A DNA stretch of 64,000 nucleotides, taken from Camelus dromedarius (Eukaryota). Each line of letters opens with the position of its first letter. The first letter of the stretch is position 1. The stretch covers positions 6,510,001-6,574,000 of the forward strand of contig NC_087437.1 in NCBI RefSeq assembly GCF_036321535.1, given 5' to 3'. Position numbers and translations under genes: made by a program. Under the pieces are notes generated by a model. It ran no database searches and had not been told where the DNA came from. It saw nothing but the letters and a program-made list of their open reading frames with translations. Shown here in pieces: positions 48,500-60,555 of this stretch.

Positions 48500-48985
48500 A
48501 TGCAGTCACTAGCTTAATAGGATTAAGAACTAAGACTACATTAATATGACTTTACTCCCCCAGAAAATTTTTGTCTGGAAAGATGAATTTGCAAGTAAAC
48601 TTATTGTTTCAGGAACTTGTGAAGATCAAATTTTTCCAGAATAATGGGCAAGGAAACTAGGTCTCATCAGGGTAATAAGAACCCTTTCTCAGGATAATAC
48701 TTGACTAGATTATCAAATGACTATTTGCTTTCCCACTGAGTCCACCAATCCTAAACTATTCTGTCACAATAAATTTACTCAATTCCAATCCAGATACCTG
48801 CATTGAAATACTCTTCCTAAACAGAAACCCCAAACTTTAAAACATCCTGTCCTTCACTGCTCCATTCTGAGTTGCTACTAAGACTGTCAAGGCATTGGAT
48901 TCCTTGGCTGCAGTGAGCCAGGAACTTGGTTTTGCTTCAGCAACAGCTCATTTTAATGCTCCTTTCAGGGAGTCAGCAGTTAATA
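48500..48985 (+). mobile_element. ERV1-class solo LTR (MER110-like)
   Basis: ccaccaatcctaaactatt; tctgag..ctactaagactgtcaagg..ctgcagtgag..ttttgctt..gcaacag..ggagtcagca 3' end. Confidence 0.55.
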
Positions 48986-48989
48986 CTAG

Positions 48990-49750
48990 CATTCAAGGAA
49001 GCTATGATCTAGTGAGGGAGACAGATCTTCAACAAGCACATAACATAGTTTAAGGTAGTGATAAGTGCAAGGCAGGGAAACAAAACAGAGAGAAGGAATG
49101 GAGAATGGTAGGGGACCGGGGCTGCATGCAGTAAGGTGCTCAGGAGGGCTGCTCTGGGGCCAACACATTTGAGCAGAGACCTAAGGGCAGAGAGAAGATC
49201 TGGGGAGAGGACGTTGTAGCCGAAAGGAGCAGGAAGTACATAAGTCCTGAGGTAAGAGTGACGGGGGTGTATTCAAGGAAGAGCAAGACGGTTGGATCAT
49301 GGTGACGTGAACTGAGGAGGATGAGTCTGGAGATGGGAGAGGGAGGCAAGGTAAGGCGGTTGGGTTTGGTTCTAAATGGGAGTGGGAAGACTTTGGAGGA
49401 ATTTAAGTGGGGAGTGACATGATCTGATTCAGATTTTTAGAAGATTACTCCAGCAGCTCTGTGGAGACAGGATGGTTGGGAGTGAGTGGACTGGGGTGAG
49501 CATTACGAAGCTCTTGGACAAGTCCAAGTGGAAGATGACCATGGTCTGACTTGAGTGCTTTCTGTGGGAGTCCTGGCTGGACTTAGGATATGCTTTGACC
49601 TCGGAGCTTGGTTTGGAAAATAGTCTGTGTCCTGAATACCCTGGTTGATGCTGGTCCCTTTGTGAAGCCAGAGGACTAGAGGAGAAGGAGCAGGAGGAGG
49701 ACGGAAAACCAACAAGAGTCTGATTAGGGCATGCTAATCCTGCCATGAGG
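48990..49750 (-). mobile_element. L2 LINE remnant
   Basis: acatttgagcagagacctaa, gggagtgacatgatctgattcagattttt..aagattactc..gcagct. Confidence 0.75.
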
Positions 49751-50067
49751 TGGATGGGCAATGGAGATGACTGAAGGCCAGGTTGGCAGCATGGGCTCCC
49801 TCCCTTTATCTCTCTGATGGCTCGATGGCCAAATCCTGTGCTCAGTTTCTCCTGCCTTCCCTCTTCTCCTCCCATCCCCCAATATTCTCTTTTTCTAATC
49901 ATTCCTTTTGGGAATGACTTGGGATTTATATATGTTCAAGGCACAATGAATGCATGAGTTAATCTACATATTCTAGAGTTTCACCTAAGGGAAATTTAGA
50001 GTGGGGAGAAGGATTATTTAATTAGCAATATATTGTGAAAAGGGCTATTGTACAATTTTTTTTAAAC

Positions 50068-50312
50068 AGTTACAATTTTGGATTCACTAGTGGGTTATGA
50101 AATCAGCTTAGCAGGAGGGGAAATCAATTTAGTGGGTCACAAACAGCATTTGAAAGAATGAAATAGAATAGAGAATAAAAGAGGACATCACACTTAATAA
50201 GGGTAAGTATTATGTGAAATGTTTGTTTCCTACACACACTCATGTATATAATGGACCACTGTGTAAAATCTGTGTTTTTACAGTGAATTATAAAAGACTC
50301 CGGAAGTCACTG
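50068..50312. mobile_element. hAT-Charlie-type MITE (subfamily uncertain)
   Basis: gaaatcaatttagtgggtcac..cagcatt..aatgaaatagaatag..taagggtaagtatt; ends aagtcactg. Confidence 0.6.
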
Positions 50313-50449
50313 CCACGGGAGAGGTGTGTCGCAAGCATTAGCTTTCAGATGAATAGCAGCAATTTCAAAGTTTAATGGTGTATTTACACAGAACCTGGGG
50401 TGCTTTATTTTTCTTATTTATAAAATGGGAATACTATTTTCCCCCTATG

Positions 50450-50870
50450 TTTAAGTCTGGATTCTTCTGGTGGCAAGAGAGAGAAACTCAGCTCAAAATA
50501 GCTTAAGTTAAAGGAGAAAAAGTTTTTATCTGAAGGATTCTGGGTCAGCTCATAGTCTGAAGCAAGAGCTTAAGGAGGAACTGGGGCAGCTTTGGAGCCT
50601 GAGACTAAACCAGGGAAATGTGTTCTGCTAGGAATCTCTCTCTGTCCCAGTTTCGTTCTTTCCTGTGACAGACAGCTGTCTTCACATGGCCAGAAATTAT
50701 GATGACCATTAGCCTTGGGTTCATTCTCTTTTAGATCTGAGACTTAGAGGCAAAGGGCTCCTTTGCTAGCACCAGTGAGATAATCTCAAGGAAAGGCACT
50801 GATTGGTCCATTTTGCATCACATGCCCATCTCCAGTCAATCTTTCTGACGTGGAGGATGAAGCTTTAGGT
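50450..50870 (-). mobile_element. MaLR LTR (old MLT1L/N-like)
   Basis: ggattcttctggtggcaagagagagaaactcagctcaaaatagcttaag; ctgattggtcc...tcacatgcccatc. Confidence 0.55.
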
Positions 50871-50981
50871 TGGTGGGTTGGGCTTTGTGTACAACTGTGT
50901 GAACATGTGTTTGGGTGTGCACACGTGTGCTTTTAGAAGTCAAGGAAAGATATGATAGGAAGAGAGCAGAATTACATCTTT

Positions 50982-51445
50982 TATATATACCATGGAATAT
51001 TACTCAGCCATAAAAAAGAGTGATACAATGCCATTTGCAGCAACATGGATGGGCCTAGAGGTGATCATACTCAGTGAAGTAAGTCAGACAGAGAAAGACA
51101 AATATCATATGATATCGCTTACATGTGGAATCTAAAAAAATGATACAAAGGAACTTATTTACAACATAGAAATAGACTCACAGACGTAGAAAACAAACTT
51201 GTAGTTACCAAAGGGGAAGAGGGGGGAGGAATAAGTTAGGAGTATGGGATTAACAGATACACATTAATATATATAAAATAGATAAACAACAAGGACCTAC
51301 TGTGTAGCACAGGGAACTATATTCAATTTCTTATAATAACCTATAATGGAAAACAATAGAAAAAAGAATATATTTATATGTATAATTGAATCACTTTGCT
51401 GTACACCTGAAACATTGTAAATCAACTATACTTCAATATAAAAAA
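50982..51445 (+). mobile_element. 5'-truncated LINE-1 (artiodactyl-type)
   Basis: Encodes ...TMEYYSAIKKSDTMPFAATWMGLEVIILSEVSQTEKDKYHMISLTCGI* then a 3' UTR ending acattgtaaatcaactatacttcaatataaaaaa. Confidence 0.92.
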
Positions 51446-52519
51446 CTCAGAACTACTGCATCTTTTATATGCCATGGAAATGCTGAGAATTAATAAAATA
51501 CAGTTCATGAGAGGTTCTGAACTTGTAATTTACCTTGAGGAATAACTTAAATGACTTCACAGTAAACTAGCATCTGTGGACCAAATTCTTGGGCTCATAA
51601 AAGAAAAGCAAGATGTGATTAATTCTACAGGAGGTGCCTTACGGGGCACCGCACCCTCTGCTTGATGTGCAGAATGCCTTCCCAAGGTCCTCTGTGCATC
51701 AGTCCTAGCTCAGTTGGGTCTGTGCTGTGCTTTGTGACTTATTAAACAAGTTGGTTTGAGCAACTCTGCATAGAAAAGACCCAGAAACACTCTGGGACCC
51801 TAAAGTTCCTCCAAAGATCACGAGATCTAAACTTTGCTCTTCCCAAGATTTCAAACGCCAACCTATATAATAAGCTTCATACTTAGGAAATGATATCCGG
51901 TAATGGTGAAGAAAGATATTTGCTAATGAAACCTGAATGAGGGCTGATGAAGCTAGACAGCGTTAGATTGGGTTAGTTCCCCTACACGATTGGCGGAGGG
52001 ATCTCCGCCTTACACCAACCGCCATTCTTTTCCTAGAAGTATCACCTCCCTGCAGACGAGTCATTTAAATGTCTTAAGCTGCTCCAGAGGATGTCCTGGC
52101 TACCCAAATATTTTCTTGTCAATCTTCTGTAATATGTTCTGTCACACTGGGCCCTCCTGGGAACGAAACAGGTTTACTTTAAAATTTTATGAGATCAACT
52201 CCTCTATATCCAACGGCTGGTCATAGAATGGGATTATTAATACAGAATAAGTAACGGGCAACTGAATTAGAGGACTGTAATTCCATTGAGAGGCTCTAGA
52301 TTTTTAAATTAATTTAATGCTTATGAAAGCTGTAAGACTGACAGCCTGGGAGAATGAAGTGAGCTTTTTCCTCTCTGATGAGTAGGTACAGCTGAGTCAG
52401 AGACTCCGCCGAAACTTGGCAAGGCCTGGCACGGTGGTCTCTTCATCCGCGGTCTTTGTAGGGATGGATAGGTTTGTCTTTTGTCTAACCTCTTTTTTTC
52501 AGAAGGAGAGACTCTGGGC

Positions 52520-52890
52520 TCTGGGAAGGGCTTTGGTGTCAAAGAAACTTGGGTTAGATTCCCAGCTCTGTCTCTTGCTTATAGTGTGATTTAAGCAGGG
52601 CCACAATATAAAATACAGGATGTCCAGTTAAATTTGAATTTCAGGTAACATTTCAAATTTTTTTCTAATCTATATCCCAAATGTTACATGAGATGCACTT
52701 ACATTAAATTTTTATTGTTGTTTTCCGATATTCAGGTTTAATCGGGTGTCCTGTATTTTTATTTCCTGAAGGTGGCAACTCTAGATAGAGTGTATGTCAC
52801 TCCAACTCTCTTTGTCTTAGTTTCCTCATCTCTAGAATGGAACCAGTAACACTCATCTCGCTGGGATGCTGAGGGCTTGGATGATACAGT
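52520..52890 (+). mobile_element. MIR SINE split by MER53
   Basis: gggctttggtgtcaaag..ttgggttagattcccagctctg | cttagtttcctcatctctagaatgg. Confidence 0.7.
52596..52783. mobile_element. MER53 palindromic hAT MITE
   Basis: taaaatacaggatgtccagttaaatttgaatttcag ... attcaggtttaatcgggtgtcctgtattttta...tggcaactcta; long internal inverted repeat. Confidence 0.85.
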
Positions 52891-52891
52891 G

Positions 52892-53300
52892 TATTCATTT
52901 GACAAGTATTGATTGACTGCCTACTCTGTGCAGTGAACACCACAGATACGACAATGTACTCGTGAAGTTTACATGCTACTGAGAGGCAGATAGACACTAA
53001 AGAACAGAAATGTTGAGTCAAATGGTGATACGTGCTATGGAGGGGAAAAAAAAAAAAGCCAGCAGGGAAGGGGTAGGCATTGGTGGTGAGGAGCTGGAAT
53101 TTTAGGTAGGTTGGTCAGGGAAGGCTTCACAGAGAAAGGGATATTTCACTAAAGTCTGGAAGGAAGTAAGGAAGGGAGCCAGTTATATAGGTAGCTGGCG
53201 AGGGCTCAACCCAGGTAGAAACCAGCTAGGGTCACAGTCCCGAGGCAGGAGGTGTCTGGCATGCGGGAGGAACAGCAGGGAAGCCAGTGGGGAGAAGACT
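52892..53300 (-). mobile_element. L2 LINE 3' region
   Basis: attcatttgacaagtatt...tgcctactctgtgc; ggtcagggaaggcttcacagagaa. Confidence 0.75.
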
Positions 53301-54819
53301 AAAAGGTGTGAAATGCCTGGCACAGCTGTGGTGCCCTTTATCCCTGCTGTAGGGCCACCTGGACCCTGGTGGATGCTAGTTGATGACTAGAGAGCCTTCT
53401 GGAGGGTCAGAAGTCTCCAAAGATGGGCATAGGGGCTCAGTTTCCTCAATCACAAAGTGGGCGTGAAAATAACAGCATGGTCTCCCTTGCAGAGTTGTTG
53501 AAGGGGTCCCCAGAGGTCAGACGCGTAACAGGTTTTGTGAAGCAGAACCCGTCACACGCATGTTGTATTAATATTCAGAGCAGCACAAAGCCCGTTAGCT
53601 CTTTCTGTTTCCCTCCCCAAGAGGGAGAAGGCATAATTTGGTAATTTCTATAATTGAATATGCTTTCCTGCCTTTAGCTTGCTAGCTCAAAACTCTCCAC
53701 TGATGGGTCTGAGGCTATGAGTTTCGGGGCCATGATGACCGGTTTGCTCCATTCTGTACCAACCGGCAAGGTACAGAGTAAGCCCCACTTTCCAGAAAGG
53801 GCAGCTCACATGATGTTAGCCCATCTGGCCTGAAGGAGCCTTGCTGTGAGCTTCAGAGGCAAGACTAGGTGCGTGGAGGCAGGTAAGAGGCATCAGAGAG
53901 AGCCCCAGGAGCTGGCGGGCTTGGTGGAACCCCAGGTCGGCAGTGATTAGGTGAGGGTAGAGATTAGGGCTGGGACTGGTGCAGAGTTCTTGGTCAAGTC
54001 TTGAAGCAGTTTGGTGCAGAAGATACTTTGTGACAAGGAGGTCAGGAGCTCAGGCCGGGGGAGGGGTCAGTGGGGTGAAAGGTCAGACCCTGGGTCCCAG
54101 GTGCAGGGCGCTGCCTGCTAAAGAAAGTGGAAGGGAGTAATGCCTAAGCCAGTGTTTTTCCTGTGTGGTTGGAAACCACCTCTGACTTACAGACATGGAG
54201 TGGGGCTTGAGAATCTCAAAATAAAAGTGACCCAGGGGATTTGGATGCAGAGCATTTACAGTCTAATTTGAGACCCGTAGGTGGAGGTACGTGCGTTCAC
54301 CTGTCTCAGTGAGGCACGGAAGAGAGAGAGGGGTTGTTTTTAACACTGAACTGAACCATCTCTGTTGTATTTTGTGTTTTTGATTACCTCTTTATATCTC
54401 TGTGTAGTTCCTTAATTTTTTTCATGTGTAATTATCTTGACTTCTCTAATGAAATTTAAGTTATCTGATGATCAGGAACCATGTCTTTTACTTCCTCGTG
54501 TCCTGAGTAGTACCCAGCTTGAGTGCTGGGCATGTTAAATTTCAGTAACTACCTTCTGACTTCAAGAATTAATTACACAGCCATCCTTATTTCCACCTCA
54601 TCTGTGAACAACACTTTTGCAAATATGCTGATGGTCTTAGAGAACTAGTGTTATAAAAGTTCACTACATTGGCATGAAACTTTTCTCATTATTTGTAAAA
54701 ATGCCTTATTGCGTTGGTTCTCCACCTTGGGTGCATAATCATGTTTTAAAATCCTGATCCCAGGCCCTACCCAAGACCAATTAATTAAGAATCCTTGGGG
54801 GTAGGACTCAGCCATTCCT

Positions 54820-55370
54820 GGAGAGGGATGAGGAAGTGTTAGCCGAAGCTGGGAGCTTGGGGGAGGAGCTTCTGCAGGGACAAGTGGTTAAGTCTTGGAA
54901 AGGAATTTTGAAGGCGTGATGCTCAGACCTCTGCAGGAGGCATGGCAGATTGGTGCTCTGAGTTCTAGGGGGAAACACAGCCAACCATGCAGGTGGGAAG
55001 GCTTGGTTTGTATTCAGGCAGCTGAAAGAAAAGGCCAGGTGGGACTCAAATCATGAAGGTGGGATGGGGCCACTAGCATGGATCTAACTAGTACTTCTGA
55101 GACAGTGTGATAAGGAGGATGCCATAGGTGCCAGAGGCATGAGGAGGTTGAAGCCATGGCTGCCCTCTGCTGCTGGAGTGATGGAGGCTGAACCTGGAGG
55201 CAGGGAGGTTGAGTGTCCCTTCTTCTTTTCTTCATTCTGTAAGATGCTAGGCCACTTGGCAAGGGAGTCTGGAAATGTACTTTGTAGACTGCTAGCCCCA
55301 ATTTTAAGATACATCATAGAGAAGGGTGAAAGAAGGAATTTATTGCTGATAGAAAACAGATAAATAACCA
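54820..55370 (-). mobile_element. ERVL LTR (LTR33-like)
   Basis: Reverse complement contains tacatttccagactcccttgc, a hallmark of LTR33-family LTRs. Confidence 0.5.
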
Positions 55371-55699
55371 GCATACCTAGCTAGTAAATGATGAAGGTAA
55401 GACTGGAACCCAGATGGTCTTGCTTTGGAGTCCGTGCCGACCTGCACATTTTGCTGAAGAGGCTCGCTCACCTTTCTTTCCTTACGGGCAGAACTGACCT
55501 GGAGCTGAAAGAGAAAGGGAAGCTAATTTTTTGTTCCTGGGTTGGATATCTGCTGATCTGCTCCAGGGCTCTCTGAATGGGTGAAAAGCACAGAGGAGAG
55601 ATGGTGTGATGGTTCTGGAAAGGAGCAGTCTCCATGACGCCCCAATTCCTCAGAGACGCTGAAGGTGGATTGTCATGCTCATAGGCTCTAGAACTGGAA

Positions 55700-56380
55700 A
55701 TCTGGAGAATGGATGAGATCAGGGACTGCTGGATTGTCAGAGACCTCTTCAGTAATGGGGCCAAGTGACTCATGCATTAAGGAGTGCCTGCTGGGAGCCA
55801 TCATATATGCAGTTGCGTTTTTTTCAAGGAATCACCAAAGGAGGGGGAATGTAATGGTAGGGATGGATTCCCTCTTTAGTGGGGTCAGTGGAGACCCCCA
55901 ACTGCCTCATTGAGGATACGAACTGTGAGAGAGATCAGACACCTAATCCAGGAACAGCCCAAGATAGGGGGGTGTTCTTGCAAGGGAACAGTGCTTGTGG
56001 TCAGAAGAGAGGAAGACAGCCAGTTAGTCAGAGCAATTGCATTAGAAAATAACCCATTTCTCTTCCTCCTTTCTGTGGAAGAAGGAGGTATGAGGTATGG
56101 GAAAGAGAGAGAAGATAATATTCCTTACAGCCCACCAGACCCACAACGCGACTGCCCAGGGTCTGGGGGAGCCCTGAATTAAACACGAGCTCTTAAGTTG
56201 CAGGGACTACCTTTCAGTTACCCAAATGGGTCTGTTTCATAACTGAAAGTGACCGAAAAGTTATGGAATCAGGTGGAGATATCATAAAAGATGCCCACTC
56301 ATCTGTAGGAAGACTGGGTGATTTGTCAGAGCACAGTTGGTAGTAGCTACCAGGAAAATAAAATAACTTCAGGGTTACAC
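55700..56380 (+). mobile_element. Possible Gypsy-class LTR remnant (LTR85/LTR88-like)
   Basis: aaagtgaccgaaaagttatggaatc...gagatatcat and aaaataaaataac...gttacacc 3' end; 5' boundary uncertain. Confidence 0.45.
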
Positions 56381-57039
56381 CTTGATAAGTTCAAACCCCT
56401 CAATCCAACCAGCTAAGAGTTTACAATCCTTGTAAAACCAGTACCCCATGTGGCTCAGTCTGGAAGCCACATCTTGTTCGAGAATCATACTTTCAAAGCC
56501 ATAAGTAATTAAAAAGGAATTCTCTTCTCTATTTTAATTTTGGAAATCTGTGATAGGATCTAAATTCAACTCTACAGCAACTGGCTTCTCTTCAATCAAC
56601 TCTTACACTTTGCAATTACTCCAGTGTCTCTCTCCTTAAATGACTTAAAAATTTCTCTGCCTCCAAAACGCACCACTATTTCTCTCCTCCTTCAATTTTG
56701 TTCTCCCTCACCACTCTAATGTAGAAATTGCCTTTAGCTTTTCTTTTCCTTTCCTTTCATTTTTCTTTTCTTTTTGATTTCTTTGTGTTCTCTCCATCCT
56801 CCCAATTCTGCCTCAGCAAAGCCCAAAGAAGCAGTTAGTGGAAGACGGGCTCTGCAGGGCGCACTGCAGAGATGCCGGGGCAGGGCATGGGAGGGGAACA
56901 ACCAGAAAGCAGATTCTCTTTGTCAGGCAGGTCGTGGTGCAGGGACAGCTGGAAATCCTCAGACATTGCTGATTTTTGCTTATCGTTTTTTGCTTAATGT
57001 TTTTCTCATGCTTACAGCTCACAAAATATTTTTACATAG

Positions 57040-57210
57040 CTGAATCTCAATTGATCCTCAAAACCCCAAGAGTATTTTGCGCACTCTGCAAGTGGGGAAA
57101 TAGGTTCAGGTAGGCTAAATGACTTGAATAAATTAGTAGGACAGAATCTCTGGGTTTGAACCCATTACTCCTGATTTTGCCCCGGGTGTCTTCTCTTCTG
57201 CCACCTTTCT
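57040..57210 (-). mobile_element. MIR SINE
   Basis: ttgatcctcaaaacc...ggctaaatgacttg...ctgggtttgaaccca. Confidence 0.6.
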
Positions 57211-58914
57211 GTCCACCTGCTGTTTTCTCGGAGGATGCTTTCCCCCCTCACCTCACTCTTATCTGGCTCCCATTCTGTTTTGGAGCTACTGGCAATTCCT
57301 TCCTGATTTGAAGCCATGTGGGTCTCATTGGCCAAAAAGCGACAAAGACTAAGAAGTGTCAGGATTATTTTGTTGTTGTTACTGTTTTTAATGATAAAAG
57401 AAGTCTTTTAAAGAGACTTATCAAGTCCATTCTTCCTCAGAATGGCATGTGTGTTCAGCCTACATGTTAACATGGTGACTCATATGTAATGTGTGGCTAG
57501 GAAGTTAGAAGTAAGAAGAAATATTAACAAACACTCAGCAGCAAAATCATCCAAATGCTGGGGGTGCTGTCATTGTCCAGAATGATCTGATTGCTTCTTT
57601 TGGAATATTTCTTAGAGTTGGTCGGTTGGTCTGTAAGCCACATAAGACAATCCATCTTTTTTTTTTTTTTTAACTTATTCCCCTTTTGGCCCAAAGCTGG
57701 GTTACCTGGCTTGATCCATTGCTTTGTTCACTAGTCTTTTGTCTGCCTCCAAGAATGAAATCTACTCCCAGAGGGTGAATATTTGATATCATCAAAGATA
57801 AATATCTATCTATTTATTTCTGTATCTATTTATCCATCATCTCTACCTACTAAAATACCCAAGAGTCTCCTAGACTGATCAGATGTGCGGATTCAGGAGG
57901 ATGAGTTTGTAGTCATGTGACACTCAGCATGACTAACATAGTCCCAAGCTGTGAGATGTTCTGTGACGTGGGGCCAGTGACTGGCTGCTGACTGTTGGGA
58001 GGGTGGGAGGTGGGGGGCGGGGAGCAGCTGTTGTGAACTCCTAGGAGCATCCAGCCGTAGTGAAGAGAGGCAGCCCGAGTCTGGGAAGGATGGTTGTGGA
58101 AGCAGTGACAATTGTAGTTGGCAACCTGGGAGCGGAGAATTCAGAAGCTGGGGGATGGGTGCACAGACCCTATCAAGGGGGTGTGAGGGGCCCCGGGTGG
58201 AACACTGACATGATAGGACTGGTTATGCATTTGATCACATTAGCCATGACGGCAGGTGACAAAACTGGTTGAACCATTTTCACGGAAAAAAAGCATCACC
58301 TGGCGTTGCTGAGGACCCATTGGGCAACGCCATTTTATGGGCAGGTAAACATTCTTAAAGAGATGATTCTTTAACCTACTCGCAATAGAATGAAATAAAA
58401 TTGCTTTAATTTTTTCCTTCCTTCTGTGCACCACTCTCCTTTGAGTAGAGGCAGAAGCAACATTCCGTTGGCAGGACTGAATCAGGGCGTGCCTCTGTTG
58501 GGCAGCTCCTCCTTTGGTGAGGTCAGTGGGGTCATCCCTGGGTTTGACAGACTCCGTGCTTTCCCTTCTTTGTTGTGAAACCGAGTGAGGTGCTTCATGC
58601 GAGTCTGTTCTCTTTGAGGAAGGACACGGCGAGAGGACGGGGGAGGGGAGAAGAGGGTGCTTTTCTGGTGTGACTCCACGCCTTCTGCAGATTGCATTCC
58701 TCTGGTGCACACCCCAGAAGATGGACCTAGAAGTCAGGGAGACCCTCCAGAAGAATGAGGTCCCTCGTTAACTTTTTCACCAGTTTTGCTGAGTAGAAAC
58801 AAAACATTTTATTATGTGTGAGACTTGCTTGAAAAGCATCCCAATTTTATATCTTTGCAGACTATGTAAGTGTGTATCAATAATACACAGAATTGCACTT
58901 AAAGCGTCAGTGGG

Positions 58915-59374
58915 TGTATTTGTCTCCTGAGGCTGCTGTAGCAGATTACCACAAATTTGGTGGCTTCAAACAAAAGAAATATATCCTTTTACAGTTCCAG
59001 AGACCGGAAGTCTGAAATCAAGGTGCTGAGCAGCCGCGCTCCCTCCTGTGGCTCCAGCGGAAAACCCTTCCTGGCTGCTTCCCGCTTCTGGCCGCTCAGG
59101 GAGCCCCAGGGCGTGGGGCTGTGTAGCTTTAATCTCTGCTTGCATCTCCGCACGCTTTCTCCTTCCCTCCAGCATCTCTTCTCTGTGTGTCTCTTATAAG
59201 AACACTTGTCATTGTATTTACGGTCCACCTGGATAATCCAGGGTGATCGTCTCTCAAGATCTTTAACTTCAGTACGTCTGCAAAGATACTTTTTACCAAT
59301 CAGGTAAAGTTCACAGGTTCAGGGGCTGAGGGTGTGGGTACATCATTTTGGGAACCCTTATTCTAGCTGCTACA
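58915..59374 (-). mobile_element. MaLR solo LTR, MLT1B/C-like, full length
   Basis: TGTATT...ggctgctgtagcagattaccacaaatttggtggctt...gaagtctgaaatcaaggtg...ctaCA; TSD gtggg (58910-58914) / atggg (59375-59379). Confidence 0.88.
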
Positions 59375-59439
59375 ATGGGTTTGTTGAGCTTCTTATATAC
59401 CTTAAACTACCTGACCGGTGGCATCTAAAATTTATCGTA

Positions 59440-59675
59440 ATCATGAGTGCATCCTTACTGAGCACTTTCTCTGTACCATATGCAGTGCAAAGTCTTTGAG
59501 CTTTTTGTTTTATAATAATCCTCGTAATGAGTCTAGGAGGTGGCTCCTGTGGTTGAGAACACTGGTTTGGAGAGGTTAAATGATTTGTCCAGGGTCAAAT
59601 GGGATGCTGAGGGGTGGGGCCAAGATTAAGTCCAAGTCTGTCTGCTTTAAGTTTGGCCTTTTGATCATTATACCA
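59440..59675 (-). mobile_element. MIR SINE
   Basis: ttactgagcactt...taatcctc...ggagaggttaaatgatttgtccagggtca. Confidence 0.7.
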
Positions 59676-60204
59676 TGGAAGAAAGAAATAAACACACTTC
59701 AAGTGACTTAAAAGCTTCAGTTAAAAAACAAATAATTTTTTTTCCTCTCCAAGCTGTTAAAAATTGCTGCTGGGCGAGTAATGTCAACATGCACGCGTCT
59801 CTGAGTCATCTGTGTGCTTATCTTGACCCCAGGTCCAAGGCATACAGCACAAGCCAGTAAATGAATATATTTGAAAAACGAAACAAATATACCTCTGGGA
59901 AAGAACCAGTGGTGGGGTCTTCCTTCTAAAATAATCCTAAGATTTAAGGAAAGGAAAAAAACCTAGATTTTGCTAAGCAACCTTGAATTTCTCAGATTTC
60001 CTTCAATGTAGGTAACAATGTGAGAATCTGGGTCATAATAACTCAGAACACAACATACCATCAATTGTGCATTTCCTTGAAATCGTCAGTTCTGATTTTT
60101 TTTTTTTTTTTGGCTTTCTTGACTTACAACAAAACCCAAGGAGTTTGAATGAACTTTGGCGAGTGAATTACCTGAAAGCAAAAAGAAAAATGCCCTTTGT
60201 AGCT

Positions 60205-60555
60205 GGTTATAGTGAATACAGTGGTCGATTATGACTTTGGAGAACAATTTCCAGTCTCACTTGTGTCAAATTAACTGGCATGACTTTTAGAAGGTTACTT
60301 CTTTTCTCTGAGCCTCAGTTTTCTTATTAAAAATGGGCCAGAGCAGACCATTTCTTTGGTCTTTGATGGTTTGATAAAAGCTCTGAACCCTTTTCTCTGA
60401 AAAATGCACGCACACCATTTTCTATGCAATGGAAGATTCGTATGCGTTCTGTAGCTCATTTATGAGTCTCCTAGTTGTCTGGGGACCCCAAGTTACGAAC
60501 CATGGACCAGACCATCTCTAAAAGTGCCGTCTAGTCCCAAGAAGCAAGGATTCTT
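60205..60555 (+). mobile_element. MIR3-like SINE split by MER103C
   Basis: tctctgagcctcagttttctt..aaaatggg core and an L3-type tail gaccagaccatctctaa...gattct. Confidence 0.6.
60345..60505. mobile_element. MER103C-like hAT-Charlie MITE
   Basis: tgataaaagctctgaaccct..gaaaaatgcac..cacca..tttt; ggaccccaagttacgaacc. Confidence 0.6.

Noticed and set aside
49429..49902. 157-aa ORF (- strand)
   Set aside because: Lies largely in an L2 remnant; no recognisable protein features.
58240..58710. 156-aa ORF (- strand)
   Set aside because: No recognisable domain and no supporting splice or promoter context; consistent with a random ORF.
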